A stretch of 64,000 nucleotides of DNA from an uncultured Chloroflexia bacterium (GTDB lineage: Bacteria > Chloroflexota > Limnocylindria > Limnocylindrales > CSP1-4): positions 27,619-91,618 of the forward strand of contig CAWABV010000008.1 of assembly GCA_963780375.1 (NCBI GenBank), given 5' to 3'. The translations under genes were made by a program, and so were the position numbers. This document shows positions 57,411-64,000 of the stretch, one piece after another; within the stretch, counting starts at the first letter, position 1; each line of letters opens with the position of its first letter. The notes beneath the pieces were generated by a model. That model was not told the origin of the DNA, did not search any database, and saw only the letters and a program-made list of their open reading frames with translations.

Positions 57411-58391
57411 ATGACCGCGGGCCGAGCGCGCGAGGCGGGCGCCGACGTTCCGGTCATCGATACCCACGGCCTGGCCAAGCGCTACGGCCGCACCGACGCC
57501 CTGGTCGACCTCACCCTCCGGGTCGAACCGGGCGAGATCTTCGGCTTCCTCGGCCCTAACGGCGCGGGCAAGACCACGGCTGTCAAGCTGCTCCTCGGGC
57601 TCGCGCGGGCCTCGGGCGGTGGCGGGACGGTGTTGGGCGCGCCTCTAGGCGATAGACGCGCCCGCCGCGAGATCGGCTACCTGCCCGAGCTGTTCCGGTA
57701 CCAGCCGTGGCTTCGAGCGCGCGAAGTGGTCGAGCTGCACGGTCGACTTCGCTCGGTGGACGGAGGCGGCGCGGTGAGCCCCGAGGACATCGATGCCGTC
57801 CTCTCGACAGTCGACCTCGCGGACCGGGCAGGCGACCAGGTCGGCGGATTCTCAAAGGGCATGCAGCAGCGGCTCGGCCTGGCAGTGGCGCTTCTCGGCG
57901 CTCCGCAGCTGGTCATCCTCGACGAGCCGACGTCCGCGCTGGATCCGGTCGGCCGTGCCGACGTGCGCACGATCGTCCGGCGTGCGGCCGATGCGGGCTC
58001 GACCATCTTCCTGAACAGCCACCTGCTCACCGAAGTCGAGCGGGTCTGCGACCGCGTCGCCATCGTCGACCATGGGCGGGTCCTCGCCAGCGGCCGGATC
58101 GATGACCTGCTCGGCGAGTCGTCGGTTCGGGTCCGCGTCACCGACCTTGCCGCGGCCGACGTCGCCGAGCTCCGGCGGTTCGGCCGGGTCGCGGCCGGCG
58201 AGGATGGCTGGCTGATGGTCGGCGGGATCGACCCCGAGCGGGTCCCGGATCTGGTCGTGGCCATCGTCGGCGCCGGCGGGCGGGTGCACGCCGTGGAATC
58301 GGGACGGGCGACGCTCGAGGACCTCTTCATGCGCCTGGTGGGCGGCGGCTCGCATGCCGGCGGGGCGGGCGCCGGCGGGTCAGCGGCGTGA
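57411..58391 (+). CDS. ABC transporter ATP-binding protein
   Basis: The internal ATG at 57411 is 7 nt after the ccsA stop. GPNGAGKTT, the FSKGMQQRLGLAVAL signature and Walker B LVILDEPTSALD. Confidence 0.8.
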   Translation: MTAGRAREAGADVPVIDTHGLAKRYGRTDALVDLTLRVEPGEIFGFLGPNGAGKTTAVKLLLGLARASGGGGTVLGAPLGDRRARREIGYLPELFRYQPWLRAREVVELHGRLRSVDGGGAVSPEDIDAVLSTVDLADRAGDQVGGFSKGMQQRLGLAVALLGAPQLVILDEPTSALDPVGRADVRTIVRRAADAGSTIFLNSHLLTEVERVCDRVAIVDHGRVLASGRIDDLLGESSVRVRVTDLAAADVAELRRFGRVAAGEDGWLMVGGIDPERVPDLVVAIVGAGGRVHAVESGRATLEDLFMRLVGGGSHAGGAGAGGSAA

Positions 58392-59254
58392 GAGCCATCT
58401 GGAGCATCGCCCGGCTGACCGTGGCGGAGGCGGCGCGTCGCCGGATCCTGTGGGTGCTGCTCGGGTTGACGCTGGCCAGCGTCCTGCTCACGACCTGGGG
58501 CGTGGAGCGGCTCGTCACTCTGGCACGCACGGTCCCCGATCCCGCCACCGACATCGAGATCCAGATCGGCGTGTCGCAGGTCCTGATCCTCGTCGCGTTC
58601 ATGTTCAGCTTCGTGCTGGCGATGACCGCGGCGTTCCTAGGCGCGCCGTCGATCGCTGGTGACCTCGAGTCGGGTGTCGCCCATGCCATGCTCGCGCGGC
58701 CGATCCGGCGGGCGGACCTCGTGGTCGGGCGATGGATCGGGCTCGCGGCGATCGTCATCTTCTACGCCGCGCTGTCGGGACTGCTCGAGATGTGGGCGGT
58801 CCGCTTGGTGTCCGGCTACCTGCCGCCGAACCCGCTGCTCGCGGTGGCGTTCCTGTCCGCGCAGGCGATCGTCCTGCTGACGTTCGCGATGCTGCTGTCG
58901 ACACGCTTGCCGGCGATCGCCAGCGGGGCGGTATGCGTAGTGCTGTTCGGGCTCGGCTGGATGGCCGGCGTGTTCGCGGGGGTCGGTCGGTTCTTCGACG
59001 CCGGGCCTCTGGTGACCGTCGCCGAGGCCTCGCGCTGGCTGCTGCCATCCGACGGGCTGTGGCGCGGGACCATCTATGCCCTCGAGCCGTCGGTGGTCAT
59101 AGCCGGGATCGTCGGCGTCGGCGGCCCGAGGGCGGCGGCCAACCCGTTCTTCGCGCCGACGCCGCCGCCAATCGAGTTCGTGGTCTGGTCGATCGTGTGG
59201 GTCGCGCTCATCCTCGGACTAGCGACGGTCTCGCTCGCAAGGCGCGACCTCTAG
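58388..59254 (+). CDS. ABC-2 family (NosY-like, ABC2_membrane_2) permease
   Basis: A GTG start overlapping the ATPase stop. 6 TM helices and the conserved IAGDLESGVAHAMLARPIRRADLVVGRW motif. Confidence 0.8.
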   Translation: MRAIWSIARLTVAEAARRRILWVLLGLTLASVLLTTWGVERLVTLARTVPDPATDIEIQIGVSQVLILVAFMFSFVLAMTAAFLGAPSIAGDLESGVAHAMLARPIRRADLVVGRWIGLAAIVIFYAALSGLLEMWAVRLVSGYLPPNPLLAVAFLSAQAIVLLTFAMLLSTRLPAIASGAVCVVLFGLGWMAGVFAGVGRFFDAGPLVTVAEASRWLLPSDGLWRGTIYALEPSVVIAGIVGVGGPRAAANPFFAPTPPPIEFVVWSIVWVALILGLATVSLARRDL

Positions 59255-59262
59255 GACTCCCG

Positions 59263-59994
59263 CTAGGCGGCCCTGGGTCGACGCACCCGATGACGGGCCG
59301 CGAAGTCACGGTCGCCGCGTGCGTTCTGCCGTTCCCAGAGCGACATAGCGTGGATCTCGTGGTCCGGACGTCGAAGCCAACCTGCCATCGCTCGACCGTC
59401 CGCCGGGAAGGCATTCCGCAGCACCATCCGATGTGCCGTGAGTCTCGCCCGGTTGGTCCGGCTGCCCGCGACGAGGACCCAAGTCGAAACCGTCAATGGA
59501 TCCCAGCCGCGGTCTCGAGCGATCTGCCAGGCAAGGCGCCCTCGGCGGTCCATCGAACCGATCAGCTCATTCACATCCGCGATGTCTGTCTTGAGCTCGA
59601 TGACCAGCAAGGCTCGCCGGCCGGGGTGCCACGCGAGGATGTCGATCACGCCGCGCTCGCCGAAGATCGAGTACGACACCTCCGGAGCGAGCACCCAAGC
59701 GGGCAACGCCGTCGCGAACCACCGGGCGACCGCCTCATGGAGTCCGGAATGGCGCCCCGATAGCAAGCGGTCGAGGTCGCCGGCTCGCCAGCGGGCCGTG
59801 AAACCGATGTGGATCTCAAGGGCCTGGGCGATCCGGAGCAGCGTCCCGACGCTGACTGACTCGAGGTGCCCGCGTTCGATCGCCGAGATCACGGAACGGT
59901 CGACCTTGGCGTGCATCGCGACGTCGATCTGGCGCCAGCCTCGTTTGATCCGTACGGCGCGGAAGGTCGCGCCGAGCCGTTGCATCGGATCCAT
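59263..59994 (-). CDS. HTH-XRE DNA-binding domain fused to a PD-(D/E)xK nuclease-like domain
   Basis: 243 aa. An N-terminal HTH_XRE (IKRGWRQIDVAMHAKVDRSVISAIERGHLESVSVGTLLRIAQAL). The central block GERGVIDILAWHPGRRALLVIELKTDIADV has the D...(D/E)-x-K arrangement on a beta-strand pattern typical of restriction-endonuclease-fold proteins. Confidence 0.65.
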   Translation of the reverse strand: MDPMQRLGATFRAVRIKRGWRQIDVAMHAKVDRSVISAIERGHLESVSVGTLLRIAQALEIHIGFTARWRAGDLDRLLSGRHSGLHEAVARWFATALPAWVLAPEVSYSIFGERGVIDILAWHPGRRALLVIELKTDIADVNELIGSMDRRGRLAWQIARDRGWDPLTVSTWVLVAGSRTNRARLTAHRMVLRNAFPADGRAMAGWLRRPDHEIHAMSLWERQNARGDRDFAARHRVRRPRAA

Positions 59995-60297
59995 CGAGGC
60001 CAGTGTGCGAAAGCCCGCTCACCTGACCGTTATCGGGCCGTCGCTCTCTTGGGACCGTGAAGTACGCGGCTCAGGGCAGCCTTATGACGTAAGCCCGCAA
60101 CGGACCGCGGCGCCAAGGGTCGTCCATCCGCCCTATTGCAGCCTGGGAACCACGATATTCACGGTGGAGGACCGGAAACGTCCGTCGGACAGACGCAGGC
60201 CGGCATTAGGTGGCCACGAGCCACGTTATTCATGGTCGCGCGCGGAACGCGGGGCGTTACGACACGGCGAATGGCCGGATCGCGCGGCCAGCCCCGC

Positions 60298-62304
60298 TCA
60301 GTGTTGCTTCGGCGAGACCGCCCATGGCGGGATCGTGTCGGTCGGCATGCCCGGGTGATCCCCGCGGCGGCCGCGATCCCGATCCCGGTCGCGCGGCGAG
60401 CCCTCGGCCGGTGGCAACCACGCGCGCGCCTGGGCCGCCGCCAACTCCTCCGCGGCGCCCGCACCCCCGGCCCCCACAGAGGCTGCCGGCTCGGCCGCCG
60501 CCTCCTGCTGGGCAGGCTGCGGGAAGAAGCCCTCGGTCTGCTGCCGCTCCGGCGGAGCGAAGTCGCGGAACGGGATGATCTTCCTTTCGAACTTGTTCTT
60601 CAGCTCCGGATGCGCCGTCTCGACCTCGACGAACACCGCCTCCAGCTCGTCGCCGATCAGCTCGTCGCGTTCGATCAGCGCCTTGGCCAGGTGGTGGATC
60701 GCCGGCTCCTTCTCGCGGAGGAGCCGCTCGGTCTCGGCATACAGCTCGTCGAGCATCTCGTGCGCGGCCACCACGAACGGCGCCGGCGGGAATTGCCCGG
60801 GCTGGATAGGAGCGACGAGCTTCGTCGGACCCATCGCGAACCGCGACACGTAGCTGACGGCCGCGTTCGTCGCACCCTGCAGGTCGCTTGACGGCCCGGT
60901 CGTCAGGGTGTCGAGGAAGCGATTCTCGACGACGTGCCCCGCCAGGGAGACCATGATCTGGGTCTCGATCCAGCGCGCGTACAGTGAGGTCCGCTCTTCG
61001 AGTGGCTTCTGCTGCACGTAGCCGAGGGCGTGGCCACGCCGGATGATGGTCGCCTTCGAGATGCGATACGACGGCCGCAGGTAGCGGGCCGCGACCGCGT
61101 GCGCGGCCTCGTGGTACGCGGTCTCACGGCGGTCGGTCAGATTCCAGGCCCGGATCGGCTGCTTGAGGCCCATCGACCGCTCGTCGGCGGCATTGAGCCA
61201 GTCCTTGTAGTTCAGGAAGTCGCGACCGTCCTGGTGAGCGTGGATGAGGGCCTCGTTGATGATCGTCTTGATCATGATCGGGGTCCAGCCCATCGAGTCG
61301 GTGAGCAGCAGATCCATGGGCAGATCGGGGTCGTGCTGCTTCTTCGACAGGTAGTGCTCGATGATGTCGCGCCGGCCTTCGACGTCCGGCTCGTGGACGA
61401 CGATCATCCGGTCGAGTCGACCGGGCCGGATAAGCGCCGGATCGAGCACTTCAGGTCGGTTCGTCGCGCCGATGATGAAGACGAGCGGCTTGTCGGCGAC
61501 CGGCCCGCGGACGAGACCGAACCAGCGAAGGAGCTTGTAGCGCCAGCGGTCCTCGACGAGGTTCGCGAGCGAGTCCATCTGGTTGAGCAGGGTGTTCAGC
61601 CCTTGGCCCCCGCCCATCATCATGCCGCCCATCATCATGCCGCCGCTGCTCTGACCGCCGCGGTTCATACCGATGGAGTCGATCTCGTCCATGAACACGA
61701 TGCACGCGCCGCGTTGACCGTCCGGGGCGTACTTCCGGCCGAGCCCGCGGGCGTCCCGGAAGAGCTTCATGATCATCATCTCGGTCATGCCCCAGAACAT
61801 GCCGCGGATGGAGCTGGCATCGATGTAGATGAACGGCAGTTCGGCCTCGGCGGCGATCACCGCCGCGAGGAACGTCTTGCCCGTTCCGGGTGCGCCCGAG
61901 AGCAGCATGCCCCGCGGCATCTCCCCGCCCCGCATCTCGAACTCCTTGACGCCGCGCAGGATGCCGACGGTCGTCTTCGCGTGCTCGAGGAGGTCCGGCT
62001 GCCCGCGGTAATCCGCGAACGACATGCCGATCTGCGGGTCGTCCGGGGTGACTGTGTACTTGCGCGGCCGCGACAGGAACCAGAACAGGAACCCGAACTG
62101 GACGATCAGGTAGAAGGCGGCGAACGACAGCTGGAGCGCGAACGCCGGGACACTGGCGATGATGCCGAAGACACTCTGGATGAACGCGACCGTGCCGCTC
62201 GAGGCGATGAGGGCCGTGAGCACGACGAGCACGAGCAGCAGCCGCCACAGGTTCCGGTTCCACACGAACCCCAGGTGGCCGAAGAATCCTCGTACTGCCG
62301 TCAT
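60298..62304 (-). CDS. ftsH: FtsH-family AAA+ zinc metalloprotease, diverged paralog
   Basis: 668 aa with 2 N-terminal TM helices, Walker A GAPGTGKT, pore loop MFWGM, Walker B IVFMDEIDSIG, second region of homology GATNRPEVLDPALIRPGRLDR and zinc site HEAAHAVAA. It carries an unusual Met/Gly-rich insertion (GGMMMGGMMMGGGQG) and a further insertion between Walker B and SRH. Confidence 0.85.
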   Translation of the reverse strand: MTAVRGFFGHLGFVWNRNLWRLLLVLVVLTALIASSGTVAFIQSVFGIIASVPAFALQLSFAAFYLIVQFGFLFWFLSRPRKYTVTPDDPQIGMSFADYRGQPDLLEHAKTTVGILRGVKEFEMRGGEMPRGMLLSGAPGTGKTFLAAVIAAEAELPFIYIDASSIRGMFWGMTEMMIMKLFRDARGLGRKYAPDGQRGACIVFMDEIDSIGMNRGGQSSGGMMMGGMMMGGGQGLNTLLNQMDSLANLVEDRWRYKLLRWFGLVRGPVADKPLVFIIGATNRPEVLDPALIRPGRLDRMIVVHEPDVEGRRDIIEHYLSKKQHDPDLPMDLLLTDSMGWTPIMIKTIINEALIHAHQDGRDFLNYKDWLNAADERSMGLKQPIRAWNLTDRRETAYHEAAHAVAARYLRPSYRISKATIIRRGHALGYVQQKPLEERTSLYARWIETQIMVSLAGHVVENRFLDTLTTGPSSDLQGATNAAVSYVSRFAMGPTKLVAPIQPGQFPPAPFVVAAHEMLDELYAETERLLREKEPAIHHLAKALIERDELIGDELEAVFVEVETAHPELKNKFERKIIPFRDFAPPERQQTEGFFPQPAQQEAAAEPAASVGAGGAGAAEELAAAQARAWLPPAEGSPRDRDRDRGRRGDHPGMPTDTIPPWAVSPKQH

Positions 62305-63164
62305 CGGAAACCCTCGATCTTTCCGTCATTCACCAGAATGACCAGGTTGATCGCGAACGCGATACCGTCCTCACGCTGATAGTGCATCAGGATCTCGGTG
62401 GCTGACCGTGGTCCGTCGACCGTGGTGCCGAGTACATCGACGCTGTCGACGCTCTGGATCCCGTACTTCTCCATCTCCCGGGAGAGGTCGATGTGCGGAG
62501 CGGCGTCGAGCGACGACCGGATCGCATCGGCGTCATTCACCGCCAGCGCAGCGATGAATTCCTGGGCCGCCGGGGCCGGGTTCTCGAGGTTCGTCCCCGG
62601 GTCGCCGAGAGCGATGGGCGTCGGTCGCGTCGTGAGGTACGCGTAGTTGCCGATGGCAATTCCTGCGACAAGGAGAACGGCACCGATGACCACGGTGGCG
62701 ACGGTCTTGAGCGCACCGCCGACGGCTCGGCGGCGTGATGCACTCCGCTCCTTCTTTTCCGCTGCCGCGGCGTCCTCGGCAGCCTTGGCCTGGGCGGCGG
62801 CTTCGTCCGTCGCCGCGTCGATGGTCGCCACGGCCTCGGCGGTGGTCTCCGCCCCCTGGGCGTCCGCCGTCATGACGGCGGCCTCGCTGGCCACCGGATC
62901 CTGGCTGGCCGCGGCAGCCGCAGCCGCCTCGGCGTCTGCCGCGCTTTCGGGTGTCAACGCTTCGTCGGGCGCGGACAGCGGTTCCGCGAGGTCATCGGTG
63001 AGCGACTCGTCGGCCGACGGGGCGTCGGTGTTCGCGGGAGGTCCCGACATCTCCCCATCGGCATCCCCCTCTGGGGGAGGAGCGTCCTCGGGACGTGGCG
63101 CTTCCTTGTCCTCCGGACGTGGTGCCTCCTCGTCCTCGGGACGACGAGCTGGCTCGGCGCTCAT
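62301..63164 (-). CDS. membrane-anchored protein with acidic repetitive N-terminus (EAPRPED repeats) and a C-terminal small extracytoplasmic domain
   Basis: The start is taken at the internal ATG (MSAEPARRPEDEEAPRPEDKEAPRPEDAPPPEGD...), with one TM (VATVVIGAVLLVAGIAIG) and a C-terminal domain paralogous to that of the upstream gene. The stop overlaps the ftsH start (ATGA). Confidence 0.55.
   Translation of the reverse strand: MSAEPARRPEDEEAPRPEDKEAPRPEDAPPPEGDADGEMSGPPANTDAPSADESLTDDLAEPLSAPDEALTPESAADAEAAAAAAASQDPVASEAAVMTADAQGAETTAEAVATIDAATDEAAAQAKAAEDAAAAEKKERSASRRRAVGGALKTVATVVIGAVLLVAGIAIGNYAYLTTRPTPIALGDPGTNLENPAPAAQEFIAALAVNDADAIRSSLDAAPHIDLSREMEKYGIQSVDSVDVLGTTVDGPRSATEILMHYQREDGIAFAINLVILVNDGKIEGFR
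63081..63152 (-). repeat. 24-bp coding tandem repeat (about 3 units) encoding EAPRPED repeats
   Basis: agcgtcctcgggacgtggcgcttc / cttgtcctccggacgtggtgcctc / ctcgtcctcgggacgacgagctgg. Confidence 0.6.
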
Positions 63165-63601
63165 GGGGTCGTCACCGACGGCGGCGGGTCGATCAGCTCG
63201 ACCCGACCGGCCTGGGTAGCGACGCGCCAAGCGAGCTGGCCATCGGCGCCCTGGTTGTCGACGACATGTGATGCATACGCGTGGAGCGACAGCCCGTTAC
63301 CGATGACCCACGAGCCGAGGTGGATCGGCGGGTCGACTTTCAGGTATTCGGCCTTCACCCGCGCCGACTTGGCCTTGACCGCGGCGGGGATGCCGAGCAG
63401 GTCGAGCGTGGACTGGTCGTCGGCCACGTACGCCGTGATGAACTGACGCGCGACGGGCGACTCGGCGGTGCGTGCCTGCGCCTCGGGCTTCGGCGTGAGG
63501 TCCTGCACGATCGACGGCACGAGGAAGCCGATCAGCCCGCCGATGGCCAGCGTGGCCCCGGCCCGCCCCAGGCGTCGTCTCCAGACCCCTCGTCGACGCA
63601 T
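63161..63601 (-). CDS. membrane-anchored hypothetical protein (146 aa), first gene of the ftsH-paralog operon
   Basis: The internal ATG at 63601 has a strong SD (aacGGAGGAtcgATG). MRRRGVWRRRLGRAGATLAIGGLIGFLV (signal-anchor) is followed by an about 110 aa domain paralogous to the C-domain of the next gene. Confidence 0.55.
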   Translation of the reverse strand: MRRRGVWRRRLGRAGATLAIGGLIGFLVPSIVQDLTPKPEAQARTAESPVARQFITAYVADDQSTLDLLGIPAAVKAKSARVKAEYLKVDPPIHLGSWVIGNGLSLHAYASHVVDNQGADGQLAWRVATQAGRVELIDPPPSVTTP

Positions 63602-63765
63602 CGATCCTCCGTTCTGCGGTGAACGTGTGCCGCGCAGTGTAGTGCCGATCATCTGAACGCGGCGAAAACGGCGTGCCCGCTCGCAACGCTGGATTCGCCT
63701 CGAACCGGCGTTCGGATGCAGACGTAACCGCCCGAGCGGGGTTCCGGCCATCCCCCGATGGTCCG

Positions 63766-64000
63766 CTAGCGCGTGCGGGTCACCTTATTAAGGTTGCGCG
63801 GCCGCTCCGGGTCCAGCCCGCGGGCGTGCGTCAGATGCATCGCGTGCAGCTGGCCGACCACGATCGACACGATCGGACCGAGCCATTCGGGTGTCCCGGG
63901 GGCTAGCGCGAACGGCCAGCGCGCGAGAGCCAGCGCCTCGGCCTGATCGGAGACCACGGCGATCTCCGCGTCGAGGTCTTCGCGGAGCCGCTGCAGTAAC
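63766..64000 (-). CDS. SIS-domain sugar isomerase/aminotransferase (GlmS / glucosamine-6-P deaminase-like), C-terminal part; the gene runs off the right edge of the window
   Basis: Reverse translation ends ...GLDPERPRNLNKVTRTR*, cf. the GlmS C-terminus ...VDQPRNLAKSVTVE. The ORF is partial, so the track lists only a 63-codon fragment. Confidence 0.55.
   Translation of the reverse strand, partial: LLQRLREDLDAEIAVVSDQAEALALARWPFALAPGTPEWLGPIVSIVVGQLHAMHLTHARGLDPERPRNLNKVTRTR

Noticed and set aside
59995-60297. Possible tmRNA, RNase P, 6S, SRP RNA or tRNA in the low-GC intergenic stretch
   Set aside because: No tRNA-like acceptor/T-arm and none of the conserved RNase P or SRP motifs were recognisable by eye. 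It is kept as an unexplained leader in the findings, not called as an ncRNA.
60136-60891. 251-aa + strand ORF overlapping the ftsH 3' end and the leader region
   Set aside because: It is antisense to ftsH for most of its length and Arg-rich with no motifs.

Overview
This 64 kb window is about 70% GC and resembles an Actinomycetota chromosome, with about 60 closely spaced genes. The six-frame ORF track contains many long spurious antisense or extended ORFs, as expected at this GC content; genes were called from recognisable protein motifs, gene spacing and start-codon context. The segment looks like core chromosome rather than a mobile element.

Genes called, in order:
- A partial xanthine-dehydrogenase Mo-subunit gene, a degenerate GGDEF protein, a D-aminoacylase and a guanine deaminase.
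- A minus-strand operon reading SorC regulator, FGGY sugar kinase, NMT1/TauT-type ABC importer and PuuB-like FAD oxidoreductase.
- A membrane TPR protein, a secreted DUF4331-like protein, a GlcD-like FAD oxidase and two M1-family peptidases.
- An MpaB/DUF2236 oxygenase, BioY, a MacB/FtsX-type ABC pair next to a secreted CAP-domain protein, and an SDR.
- pgm (interrupted by a 1-nt frameshift) and glgC.
- tRNA-His(GTG) and an M28 peptidase.
- A GlnA-like gamma-glutamylamine synthetase with an APC permease, a formamidase and an MBL hydrolase.
- An orphan MsiK-like sugar ABC ATPase, a NUDIX hydrolase, a TetR regulator with a divergent membrane protein, and pncB.
- A YbjN-like protein, an M23 peptidase with a 300 nt leader, a heparinase II/III-like lyase, an orphan A24 prepilin peptidase, pepA and add.
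- A HAD-IIA hydrolase, a frameshifted NYN/YacP-like gene, and a + strand block encoding a Zn-ribbon membrane protein, CcsA/ResC (WWD heme-handling) and an ABC-2 exporter.
- An HTH-XRE::PD-(D/E)xK fusion gene behind a low-GC leader.
- A diverged FtsH paralog preceded by two paralogous membrane-anchored proteins.
- A partial SIS-domain (GlmS-like) gene.

No CRISPR array, integrase or transposase was seen.

The findings of most interest are the FtsH-paralog module, the XRE-nuclease fusion, the CcsA-without-ResB operon coupled to an ABC-2 exporter, the two single-base frameshifts (pgm and the NYN gene), the putative SorC operator, and the structured leader upstream of the M23 peptidase.
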